This document shows positions 43,285-52,799 of a stretch of DNA of 64,000 nt, in pieces. The translations under genes and the position numbers were made by a program. The DNA is from an uncultured delta proteobacterium (lineage in GTDB: Bacteria; Desulfobacterota; Desulfobacteria; Desulfobacterales; JAFDCJ01), in assembly GCA_963769935.1 (NCBI GenBank), contig CAVYNY010000011.1, positions 352,001 through 416,000 on the forward strand, read 5' to 3'. The notes beneath the pieces are model-generated. The model was given only the letters and a program-made list of their open reading frames with translations, made no database searches and was not told the origin of the DNA. How positions within the stretch are numbered: the stretch's first letter is position 1; every line of letters begins with the position of its first letter.

Positions 43285-44583
43285 CTATGATGCCTGTATC
43301 TCAAAGGCGCGTTCACCGTGGATGGAATTGTCGAGCCCGATGATTTCACTTTCTTCCTCCACCCGCAGACCTCCGGTTATAAATTTGGTTAGATAGGTGA
43401 CTATCAGGGTGCCGACGGCGGTGAACCCCGCCGTAGCGATGATTGACACGACTTGAAACCAGAGTTGTTTCGGATTGCCGTAAAACAACCCGCGTCCCGC
43501 CTCATTTATGGCCGGGCTGGCAAATAATCCGGTAGCCAACGCCCCCCATATGCCGCACATGCCGTGGACGCCGAACGCATCCAGCGAATCGTCATAGCCG
43601 ATTTTCTGTTTGATTTTGGCGACACTATAAAAGCCAAGCAAGCCGGCGCCGAGACCGATGAGCAAAGCGGCCGGCATATTGACAAACCCGGCGGCCGGCG
43701 TGATGGCTACCAGCCCGGCGACGATGCCGGAGGCCAGGCCCAGCACCGTCGGCTTTTTTTCCACCACCCACTCGGCAAACATCCAGGCCAACGCGCCCAT
43801 GGCGGCCGAAGTGTTGGTAACCAGAAAGGCCGAGCCGGCAATTCCGTCCGCCGCCAGCTGACTGCCGGCATTAAAGCCGAACCAACCGAACCACAACAGG
43901 GCGGCTCCCAGCGCCGTCAACGCAATACTGGAGGGAAACATGGCTTCCCTGCCGTAACCGATTCTTTTGCCCAGCACCAGCGACAGCACCAATCCCCCTA
44001 CGCCGGCATTTATATGAACAACCGTACCGCCGGCAAAATCCAGAGCGCCCATGCGGCCCATCCAGCCGCCGCCCCATACCCAGTGAGCGATCGGGCAGTA
44101 TATGAACGTAACCCAGAGTACCGTAAATACGATCCAGGAGGAAAACTTCATCCGGTCCACGATCGAACCCAGCACCAGCGCCACGGTGATGCAGGCAAAC
44201 GTCATTTGAAACAGGGCAAACACATAGGTCGGTATCGTGCCCGAAAGACTGGCCACGCCGATGCCGGCCATAAAAACGTTTGACAAACCGCCGATGATGC
44301 CCGCCTTGTCCGGTCCGAAAGACAGCGTATATCCCCACATCATCCAGATGACGCTCGCCAGGCAGTAAGCCACCATGGTCATGGCAAATGTATTCAGCAG
44401 GTTCTTATAGCGGGACATGCCGCCGTAAAACAATGCCAAACCGGCCGGAGTCATCATCATGACCAGCGCGGTCGATACAATCATCCAGGCCGTATCACCG
44501 GAATTCAAACCGTCGGCAGCCAACGCCGGGGAGACAGGTACGGCAAGCAAAACCGCAGCGGTCGGCAAACATTTCAGATTCAT
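43285..44583 (-). CDS. amtB: Ammonium transporter
   Basis: GLALFYGG, FQMTFA, HWVWGGG, DFAGGTVVH, WFGWFGFNAGS and DDSLDAFGVHG motifs. Confidence 0.96.
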   Translation of the reverse strand: MNLKCLPTAAVLLAVPVSPALAADGLNSGDTAWMIVSTALVMMMTPAGLALFYGGMSRYKNLLNTFAMTMVAYCLASVIWMMWGYTLSFGPDKAGIIGGLSNVFMAGIGVASLSGTIPTYVFALFQMTFACITVALVLGSIVDRMKFSSWIVFTVLWVTFIYCPIAHWVWGGGWMGRMGALDFAGGTVVHINAGVGGLVLSLVLGKRIGYGREAMFPSSIALTALGAALLWFGWFGFNAGSQLAADGIAGSAFLVTNTSAAMGALAWMFAEWVVEKKPTVLGLASGIVAGLVAITPAAGFVNMPAALLIGLGAGLLGFYSVAKIKQKIGYDDSLDAFGVHGMCGIWGALATGLFASPAINEAGRGLFYGNPKQLWFQVVSIIATAGFTAVGTLIVTYLTKFITGGLRVEEESEIIGLDNSIHGERAFEIQAS

Positions 44584-44608
44584 TTTTTTAATTTCTCCCC
44601 CCCTCTTC

Positions 44609-44748
44609 GATTGAATATTGAAGATTGTCAATTGAATATTTAAGGTATTCTATCGATTTATTTTTCTTCCCTTAACTCCACTTTTAGAAGATTTGAATCA
44701 GATTAAAAATCCTTAATTCGTCATTCGACAATTGTCATTTGTCATTCC
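44609..44748. repeat. Heptamer element with an ATTGAAT left arm and a GTCATTY right arm
   Basis: Fills the glnD-amtB gap. Confidence 0.7.
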
Positions 44749-44750
44749 AT

Positions 44751-47390
44751 TTATATGCTCGGCAGCCTTTCAAGGACAGCCGACTTTATATGCGCTACCT
44801 GATCCTCCGAATCCACTTTTTGGCCGTGGAGATCCCAGACATAAAATACATCTACCACCTGGTCGGCTTTGGTCGCTATTTTGGCGACCCAGATGTTCAG
44901 ATCGCAGTTAAACAGGGCATCCGTGATGCTGAAAAGCAAACCGGGAAAATCATACGTAAAAACTTCGACAATGGTAAAAAAACTGGAGCTGTTATTGTCC
45001 ACTTTCACACGATGGGGTAAGCGACGCATGCCGTTTTTGATTTGGCGGTAAGCGGACATTTTTTTTCTGACGGCCGCTGCCAGGCTTAACTCTCCGGATA
45101 AGGCCGCAGAAAGATGGCCTGCGGTCCGCTGCCATTTCTCATCTTCCATTATTTGATCCGGCGGCGGATTGACCTCAAAAATATCCAGAGCGATGTTGTT
45201 GCGCCAAGTGAACACCTGGACATCGAGAATGTCGATGTTATTTAAGGTAAATACCCCGGCAATTTTTGAAATCAGCCCGGGGCGGTCTTTGGCGCAGATG
45301 GTGACCGAGCGGGTGTTCGCGTCGGCTGAGCGTTTGACATCCCACAGGAAGTCGGCGTCGCCAAGTTGGCGATAAAGCGCAATATGTTCCAGGATTGACT
45401 TGGCCGGCATGTAAAGACGGTAGCGCGGAGACATTTTGTCGAACAGAGCGGAAGTGGCCTGGGCTTCAAGGGAGGGGACGGAACCGAGGATTATTTTTCT
45501 TTTCTGCTCAATGACATTGACGGCCTCTTCGGTGGCCAGTTCTCCTTTCTCCAGTACGTTTAGAACTTTGAGAAAAAAATCCCGCAGCAAAGCGGCCGTC
45601 CAGTCGTTCCATGCCGTCGGGCCGGTTGAGATGGAGTCGGACACGGTCAGCAGATACAGCATTTTCAACCGTTCAATATCTTTAATTTTTCTGGCACTGG
45701 AAATGGCTGTTTCTTCATCATTAATATCCCGGCGGGTGGCGGTTTTGATCAAGTGGAGGTGATGCCGGACGAGAAAAACGACGCTTTCGACGTCCCGGAC
45801 TTTCAGGCCTTTTTTGGTGAGGAGTTTTTCGATGATGGCGGCGCCTTTTTCCGCATGGTCTTCGGTCGCATCCCCTTTGCCGATGTCGTGGAGCAGCGCG
45901 GCCCAGAGCAAAATATGTTTGTTCTTGAGCTCACGGTAGAGCTGGGCGCATAGCGGCTCCAGACTGCTGTCCAAGGTCGTGCCGAATTTTTTGATGGTCT
46001 GGACGGTTCGCAGCAAATGTTTGTCCACCGGGTACAAATGGTATTCATCGTATTGGATGCGGTTTATGACACCGCGAAAGGCCGGCAATAACCGCACCAG
46101 AAATCCGGTGTTCAGCAATTCATTCAACACATTCAGCGGCGCGACCGGAGCTGCCAGAATGCGTTCGAAAGATTGCACCACCGGCTCGGAGTCGCAAAAT
46201 CGTCGATTGGCCAGATGGGAAAATTCTTTGACCAGTCTTTTGGCCTCTGCGCTCAGCGGAATCTGCAATCGGGCGCTTTCTTCAAATATCCTGATTAAAA
46301 GATCCGGAGATTCAATAATTTTTTCGGGGGCCGCAAAATTAAGCATGCCCCATTCGATTACTTCCAGACCGTCGACATCGCTCTTTTTCTGGGATTTCCT
46401 TCTCCTCTGGCGCTTTTTTTCAAGGCCCAGCTCATACAAAAACATCAGATGCTGCTGCTTCAGCGATTCCATGCACCCGTGCAGGTCTCCCAGAAACCGC
46501 TCCACCGGCTGTTGCCCATTGTTGGCTTTATAGTTCAATGTCTCGGCCAGCTTGATCTGGTTTTCAAAGTGCAGCTGATCGCATTTTCGGCCGCAAAGGT
46601 GGTGCAGGTGGTTGCGCACCAGCCAGATAAATTTCAGGCAGCGCCTTAGGGTTCGGTACTCCTCATGGGAGAGCAGTCCGAAGTATTCAAGATCGCGCGG
46701 CTCCTTCAGGTTAAACTCGATCTGTCCGATCCACAACATGGTATGATAGTCCCGCAGGCCGCCCCGCCCCTCCTTAAGGTTGGGTTCGAGAAGATAGGTC
46801 GAATCGCCGAAGTGGCCATGCCGCATTTCATTGTTCTGAACGAGCCAGCTAATAATGGAGCGGGATTTTTTGCGGATAATCTTTTGACGCAACTGCTCCA
46901 TCAGATCAGAAAATAGATGCGACCAGCCGCAGATAAACCGTGCATCCAGGACCGGGGTCAATATGTCGAAATCCCTTCCGCAAAGCTGCAGAGACTCTTT
47001 GAGGGACCGGGTGGCGTAACCGACATCCAGACCGATATCCCACAAAGGATATACAATCTCCCGGATCAGGTTCTCGGCTTGATCCGGCACCCTTTTTTTG
47101 AATAAAAACAACAGGTCGACATCGGAATGAATGCATTGTTCCTGCCGGCCATAGCCGCCCAGGGCAATTATGGCATACGGATTTTTGCTGATATCCATGC
47201 GGGGACCGACCATGCTGGTCTCAAAAGCCTGCCTGAAATAATCATCCAGAATGCGGGCATGCCTTCTAAGAAAGTCAGGCTCTTTGCCGTCTAATAGACG
47301 GTCTATCAGCGCCCCGGTTTTCTGCTGCAGCTCCGCAGATGCATGTTCAAAAATGTTGTCCATATTAATATTCTGGGTAGCCGGTAACAT
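44751..47390 (-). CDS. glnD: [Protein-PII] uridylyltransferase
   Basis: ALGGYGR..SDVDL, EPNLKEG.GGLRD, HD domain (LLHDIGKG) and two ACT domains. Confidence 0.95.
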   Translation of the reverse strand: MLPATQNINMDNIFEHASAELQQKTGALIDRLLDGKEPDFLRRHARILDDYFRQAFETSMVGPRMDISKNPYAIIALGGYGRQEQCIHSDVDLLFLFKKRVPDQAENLIREIVYPLWDIGLDVGYATRSLKESLQLCGRDFDILTPVLDARFICGWSHLFSDLMEQLRQKIIRKKSRSIISWLVQNNEMRHGHFGDSTYLLEPNLKEGRGGLRDYHTMLWIGQIEFNLKEPRDLEYFGLLSHEEYRTLRRCLKFIWLVRNHLHHLCGRKCDQLHFENQIKLAETLNYKANNGQQPVERFLGDLHGCMESLKQQHLMFLYELGLEKKRQRRRKSQKKSDVDGLEVIEWGMLNFAAPEKIIESPDLLIRIFEESARLQIPLSAEAKRLVKEFSHLANRRFCDSEPVVQSFERILAAPVAPLNVLNELLNTGFLVRLLPAFRGVINRIQYDEYHLYPVDKHLLRTVQTIKKFGTTLDSSLEPLCAQLYRELKNKHILLWAALLHDIGKGDATEDHAEKGAAIIEKLLTKKGLKVRDVESVVFLVRHHLHLIKTATRRDINDEETAISSARKIKDIERLKMLYLLTVSDSISTGPTAWNDWTAALLRDFFLKVLNVLEKGELATEEAVNVIEQKRKIILGSVPSLEAQATSALFDKMSPRYRLYMPAKSILEHIALYRQLGDADFLWDVKRSADANTRSVTICAKDRPGLISKIAGVFTLNNIDILDVQVFTWRNNIALDIFEVNPPPDQIMEDEKWQRTAGHLSAALSGELSLAAAVRKKMSAYRQIKNGMRRLPHRVKVDNNSSSFFTIVEVFTYDFPGLLFSITDALFNCDLNIWVAKIATKADQVVDVFYVWDLHGQKVDSEDQVAHIKSAVLERLPSI

Positions 47391-47567
47391 TAAAATTTTC
47401 CCCGCCTGATTACTCCGCCCTGAAAATCAGAGACATCCGGTTTAGAAAACACCAAATGGTCAAATTGAACCTGATGAAAATTTGCACTGTTGCCCGGACG
47501 GATGAATTGCCTTTTTCAAAGAATCCTATCCAATCTCGAACATGCTATCTTTCAGCGCGGATTAATC

Positions 47568-47583
47568 AGCAATATGTGTGCCA
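47568..47583 (-). promoter_or_regulatory. sigma-54 -24/-12 promoter for glnD-amtB-glnB-glnA
   Basis: Minus strand TGGCAC-ACATA-TTGCT, full consensus match. Confidence 0.85.
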
Positions 47584-47719
47584 TGGCATGGCTAGACTCA
47601 GAAAAGGTAATGGTTTCAATGGATAGAACGATTAAACCCAATAAAAAATAAAAATAAGTTATTACAAATTTGCTGAAAATTTGTTAAAAATATTACAAAT
47701 TTGTAATTCCTCTTTTTTA

Positions 47720-50638
47720 TTATTTGCCGTCGAACACGCTTTGCCAGATTTCGGCCACTCTTTGCTGCAGGTGGCTGTATCTTTCCCGCGGGACACTGGA
47801 GGGCTTCTCCTGCAGACTGAGTTGATGCGCGGCGGCGCGGTAGATTAAATAGGCATGTTTGAGCAGGTGAGCGGTATACTCATCCAGCACACCGGTTTCG
47901 CTCAAGGATTGAAGCAGGCGGACATTGTCGGTCCATTTCAGCAGGCCGGGATGTTTGTGGGAATTGAGCAGCACGAGATACTGCACCAGAAACTCAATAT
48001 CCACCATGGCTCCGACGTCCTGTTTGAGGTCAAAAACCTCCGGGGCCGGGTTGAGAAGTTCTTTGCGCATTTTCTCGCGCATCCGCACGACCTCTTCTTT
48101 CAGCCTGGTTTCAGGCCGTGAACGGGCAAGCACTTTTGAGCGTATCGTTTCAAAGCGTTCGGCCAATATTTCATCCCCGCAGATGGGTCGCGCCTTGATC
48201 AGCGCCTGATGTTCCCAGGTCCAGGCCTCGTCGAGCTGGTAATCTCCAAAAGCCTTGATATGGCTGACCAGTATGCCGGAACTGCCGCTGGGCCTCAAAC
48301 GCATGTCGATTTCGTAGGCCTTGCCGGCGCGGGTATGAGCGGTGAGGATGTGAATGACGCGCTGGCCGAGTCGGTTGAAGAACTGCGCGCTGTCGATGGC
48401 ACTCCTGCCGCCCCGGGTTGGCGCGCCGGTTCCCGCGTGCAGAAAAACGAGGTCAAGATCCGACCCATAGCCGAGTTCCAGTCCGCCGAGCTTGCCGTAA
48501 GCGACAACGGCAAAGCCCCGCTGGCAGGCCCTGTTCTCCAGCCGGCAGGCCGGGACACCGTGTTTTGCCACCAGATGATTGAAGGCCAGATCGACCACCT
48601 CTTTAAGAATGGTTTCGGCGATTGCCGAGAGATAATCACTGACCCGCATCAGCGGCAAGGTGCCGGCAACATCGGCCGTCGCCACGCGCAGGACATTGAC
48701 CTGTTTGAAAATGCACAGCTGTTCAATCTGGTATTCCAGGTCGTCAGGCGCTACCAGGTCAAGTCGCCGGCGCAAACCGACCTGCAATTCGCGACTTTCA
48801 GGGGGCAGATAAAGGGTGCGCGCATCCAGCAGTTCATCCAGCAGCACCGGATGGCGCGCCAGAAAAGAGGCAATCCAGGGACTGGCATTCGACAGTTTCA
48901 CCAGATGGGAGAGGGCGGTGGGGTTCTCCAGCAGCAGGGCCAGGTAGCTGGAGCGCCTTTCAATGGTTTTGATCAAATCGACAATGCGGCGCAGGGTGAT
49001 CAGCGGATATTCACAGGCACTGATCTCTTTTAAAAAAAGGGGCATCAATTTATCAAGCCGCCGGCGCCCCCTGGAACTCAACGCCCGGGTTGCCGGATCG
49101 TTTTTTAAATAACCCAAAAGCTGCAGCACTTCATTCGGTTGCTCATAACCCAGTTCGGCAAGCATGCCTGGGGCCTGCCGGTCATCCACCGGATTTTGCC
49201 AGATGCCGTCCAACCGGTCCTCAGTTTTCAGCCGCGGATCCTCGCTGTCACCGGATGCCAGGAGCATCTGGAAATGGTCGTGAACGCTTTTTCGCCGATT
49301 ATTCAATGTCGCATCAAATGCCTGGATCGCCGCAAAACCCATGGAATTCGCCAGGCGCAATTGTCCGATTTCATCGGACGGCAGCTGGTGGGTTTGCTGA
49401 TCGGCGCACTCCTGGAGCCTGTTTTCGGTGCGGCGCAAAAAAATGTAGGCCCCGGTCAGCTCATCGCACACCGCCTGCGGGATTTGCTGTTCATCGGCCA
49501 GCGCTTTTAAAACATTCAAGATGCCGGTCTGCTGAAGAGACGGAACCACGCCGCCGCGGATCAGCTGGAAAATCTGGCCGAAAAATTCGATCTCCCGGAT
49601 TCCGCCCGGTCCCAGCTTGATATCGTTTGCCATGCCTTTACGTTTGACTTCCCGGGTGATCATCTGCTTCATTTCTCTTAGCGACTCAAAGGCGCTGTAA
49701 TCCAGGTATCGGCGGTAAATAAACGGATGAAGCTGTTCAAGCAGATGCGCCCCGGCAGCTTTATCGCCGGCCGCAGTTCTGGCTTTGATCAGGGCATAGC
49801 GCTCCCATTCCCGCCCTTGGTCCTGGTAATAGTGCTCCAAGGCATTAAAATCCATGGCCAACGGACCGCTTTCGCCAAAAGGGCGCAGGCGCAGATCAAC
49901 CCGAAACACAAATCCATCGGCCGTCGGATGGCCGATGACTTTTATCAGGCGGCGGCACAGCCGCGAAAAAAAATCCTCATTGCTCACCGAACTGCCGGCC
50001 CCGCGGGTTTGGCCGGCCTTTGGATAGGCGAAGATTAAGTCGACATCGGAGGAAAAATTGAGTTCACGGGCGCCCAGCTTGCCCAGGCCTAAAACAACCA
50101 GATGCTGTTTTGAGCCGTCGGCGGCCGTCGGCACCCCCAAGGTCGCACACTGCCATTGGTAAAGAACGTCGAGAGTCTGTTCCAGGCAGGCATCCGCAAA
50201 AGCAGACAATTCCGTCATGGTTTCCAACAGATTCGCCCAGCCCGCCAAATCCCGCCAGGCAATGCGGGTCAGCTCGCGACGGCGACAGCGGCGCAGCAGA
50301 CCCATCAACGCTTGTTCATCATTGACACCCGCCGTCAGCTCTTTGAATTTGCGCTGATACTCGTCGGGTTGGAGTCTGCGGATCAAATCACCGCTTGCCA
50401 CAAGGTCGCCCAAGAGGGACGGCTCGCGCGTGCACCCGGCGGACACAAACTCACTGAAGGCCAATACCGGCGCCAGGCTTTTGAGTATTTCGGGATTGGT
50501 GAAGGGGGGGATGCCGGCCGCCGCCGCCGAGGTTTGAAAGGCCCGCCAGCGGATCCGGAAGGCTTCAGCGAGAGGTTGGGGGAGATTGTCGGGAAATGTC
50601 CATTGTCCGTTGTCGGTTGTCCGTTGCATATTATCCAT
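47720..50638 (-). CDS. glnE: Bifunctional glutamine synthetase adenylyltransferase/deadenylylase
   Basis: GKLGARELNFSSDVDL, RVDLRLRPFG, GKLGGLELGYGSDLDL and DMRLRPSG motifs. Confidence 0.96.
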   Translation of the reverse strand: MDNMQRTTDNGQWTFPDNLPQPLAEAFRIRWRAFQTSAAAAGIPPFTNPEILKSLAPVLAFSEFVSAGCTREPSLLGDLVASGDLIRRLQPDEYQRKFKELTAGVNDEQALMGLLRRCRRRELTRIAWRDLAGWANLLETMTELSAFADACLEQTLDVLYQWQCATLGVPTAADGSKQHLVVLGLGKLGARELNFSSDVDLIFAYPKAGQTRGAGSSVSNEDFFSRLCRRLIKVIGHPTADGFVFRVDLRLRPFGESGPLAMDFNALEHYYQDQGREWERYALIKARTAAGDKAAGAHLLEQLHPFIYRRYLDYSAFESLREMKQMITREVKRKGMANDIKLGPGGIREIEFFGQIFQLIRGGVVPSLQQTGILNVLKALADEQQIPQAVCDELTGAYIFLRRTENRLQECADQQTHQLPSDEIGQLRLANSMGFAAIQAFDATLNNRRKSVHDHFQMLLASGDSEDPRLKTEDRLDGIWQNPVDDRQAPGMLAELGYEQPNEVLQLLGYLKNDPATRALSSRGRRRLDKLMPLFLKEISACEYPLITLRRIVDLIKTIERRSSYLALLLENPTALSHLVKLSNASPWIASFLARHPVLLDELLDARTLYLPPESRELQVGLRRRLDLVAPDDLEYQIEQLCIFKQVNVLRVATADVAGTLPLMRVSDYLSAIAETILKEVVDLAFNHLVAKHGVPACRLENRACQRGFAVVAYGKLGGLELGYGSDLDLVFLHAGTGAPTRGGRSAIDSAQFFNRLGQRVIHILTAHTRAGKAYEIDMRLRPSGSSGILVSHIKAFGDYQLDEAWTWEHQALIKARPICGDEILAERFETIRSKVLARSRPETRLKEEVVRMREKMRKELLNPAPEVFDLKQDVGAMVDIEFLVQYLVLLNSHKHPGLLKWTDNVRLLQSLSETGVLDEYTAHLLKHAYLIYRAAAHQLSLQEKPSSVPRERYSHLQQRVAEIWQSVFDGK

Positions 50639-50658
50639 TGTCAGCTAATCCGGATTCC

Positions 50659-51114
50659 CTAATCCGATGACGGCGGCAGCAGCTTATAAATTTCAAGCAA
50701 ACGACTGCCCAAGGTGGCCGCCAGATGCTTAAAGAAAATTATTCCGTTGGCCGGATCTTCTTCCAGCACTTTGCCAAGCTTATTACAATCTGTTACAAGC
50801 AATTTGGTCTGCTCGACACATTCGGCGGAGGCCGAATATGTGTCACGTCCAATTAAGCTGGACCAGCCGAAGGCCTCCCCGTTTTTGCCGATATCGTATA
50901 CCATCCGGCTGCCTTCACCGATGCTCAACTTTACCCTGCCGTTGAGCAGGATGTAAAAAAACCGGGCCGGATCATTTTCACGAAACAGGACGTCACCTTT
51001 TTCATGGGATATCATGCGAGATATTTCCATGATTTTCTTGACGAAATCCATGCTCGTTCCCAATAGAAGATCTGATTGCTTGATATACATGATTTTCACC
51101 GCCTCACCGGACAA
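50659..51114 (-). CDS. Stand-alone cyclic-nucleotide-binding domain protein
   Basis: GDVLFREND..FYILLNGRVK..GEAFGWSSL..SASA; no HTH. Confidence 0.82.
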   Translation of the reverse strand: MSGEAVKIMYIKQSDLLLGTSMDFVKKIMEISRMISHEKGDVLFRENDPARFFYILLNGRVKLSIGEGSRMVYDIGKNGEAFGWSSLIGRDTYSASAECVEQTKLLVTDCNKLGKVLEEDPANGIIFFKHLAATLGSRLLEIYKLLPPSSD

Positions 51115-51305
51115 TCCGATTTGTCTTTAGCCTTATGCGGCTTAATATAAAATCAAGTGTCCGGCATGTCAAAACATAAATTGTTACATTTTTGTAGCTT
51201 GCTGGGCGCTTAAAAAACATTAATGCCATTAAAAATTGACAAAGCGAGCAGCTGCTTTTAAAGTCCGCCGTGGTTTTTGCCTTGAAAAAAGTCCAAAACC
51301 GATTG

Positions 51306-51321
51306 TGGCACGCCTATTGCT
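51306..51321 (+). promoter_or_regulatory. sigma-54 -24/-12 promoter for the glutamate synthase operon
   Basis: TGGCAC-GCCTA-TTGCT, full consensus match. Confidence 0.85.
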
Positions 51322-51668
51322 GCAGTCATGACCATCATGCGAGATTGATGATACCGGGTGCGGCCGGGGCATTAAGGCTCTCAATAAGCGAGTTGTGAAA
51401 TTAATTAATTTTAATATTTTCCTAATCCGAAAAAAGTGATATAAGCTCAGAACCGAATTAGCGAAATTTTTTGATTGGGCTATAATTTGGAATTTTTGAA
51501 ATTTACCTGACTATGCCCGCACGGGCATTTTAAACAGTGTTGGTCGGCAATTGAAAACTCAACATTTTGCCCCGTCCGGCTGCGACGGGTTCCAGCCTAT
51601 TTAATGCCCCGCGTCATTTAAATGCATGCCCGTCGAAATGAATTCCATTCATAAAAGGAGTTGAAAAA

Positions 51669-52799
51669 ATGTGCCGTTTATTTTCAATAACGAGCAGAGA
51701 TCCGCTGTCTCCCATGGTCGCCCTGCAGGCTCTGGATGTCATGCGCGAAGGCCATGACTGTTCCGGTGTCGGGATTTTTTTGCGTGATCTGGCCGGACCG
51801 TTTGAGGAGATCAAAGACGCCCCGATTCTATCCGGTATTTTCAGCGATTCCGGGTTGAGGCGCCTGGATTCCTTTATGATGGATGTCGGCTTTATGACGA
51901 AATATAAAATTTCCATCAAATTGCCTAAAACACCGCCGCCGGGCGTGCCCAAGCGGGATGTCTATTTAATCCGGGCCTACGAGTACCCGGAGGAATGGGA
52001 AGAATTAAGCCGGCAGGAACTGTATGACAGGCTGTTGATGATCCGGCTGCAGCTGAGGGCCATGGGTGAGGAAAAAAACGACATGATCGTCTATTCCTTC
52101 TGGCCGGATGTGATTATGATCAAGGAAATCGGGGATCCCCTGCTGGTGGCGGAGCATTTAAATCTTGACCGCAAAGAACTGCATGCCCGGGTTATCATGG
52201 CCCAGGGCCGGCAGAACACCAACTATGCCATTACGCTTTACGCGTGTCATCCTTTCTTCATTCAGGGCTATTCAACGATGACCAACGGGGAAAACACCGC
52301 CTTTGTTCCGATCAGATCCTATCTCGAATCCCGGGGATTTCCGGGATACTCCGGCTACCAATCGGATTCGGAAGTTTTCACCCACATCCTGCATTATACG
52401 ATCAAAAAGCTTGGCCTGGGAATCGAAACTTACAAGCACGTCATTACGCCGCTGCAGGATGAAGATCTGCAGGATCACCCCAATGCCCATTTCTTAAAAA
52501 ACCTGAAGCAAACCTGCCGGCAGTTAATTATTGACGGCCCCAATTGCGTCATCGGCTGTCTGCCGGACCACAGCGTTTTTATGGTGCAGGACCGCAAGAA
52601 GCTCCGGCCGGGGGTTGTGGGCGGCAGGCCCGGAATGTATGCATTTGCTTCAGAAATTTGCGGCCTGGATGCCGCAATACCGAATCGTGATAAACTCCGG
52701 GACTTTCAGCCGATGTATTTGGATACGGTCGTCGTTGGTCCGGATCGACAGGAGGTGTCGATATGCTCCCAGACAGACCCATTAACCCTTCCACATTAA
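51669..52799 (+). CDS. Glutamate synthase subunit 1 (class II glutamine amidotransferase domain)
   Basis: N-terminal MCR (Ntn nucleophile), RQNTN..ACHPF, NGEN, DSEV and DRKKLRP motifs. Confidence 0.85.
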   Translation: MCRLFSITSRDPLSPMVALQALDVMREGHDCSGVGIFLRDLAGPFEEIKDAPILSGIFSDSGLRRLDSFMMDVGFMTKYKISIKLPKTPPPGVPKRDVYLIRAYEYPEEWEELSRQELYDRLLMIRLQLRAMGEEKNDMIVYSFWPDVIMIKEIGDPLLVAEHLNLDRKELHARVIMAQGRQNTNYAITLYACHPFFIQGYSTMTNGENTAFVPIRSYLESRGFPGYSGYQSDSEVFTHILHYTIKKLGLGIETYKHVITPLQDEDLQDHPNAHFLKNLKQTCRQLIIDGPNCVIGCLPDHSVFMVQDRKKLRPGVVGGRPGMYAFASEICGLDAAIPNRDKLRDFQPMYLDTVVVGPDRQEVSICSQTDPLTLPH

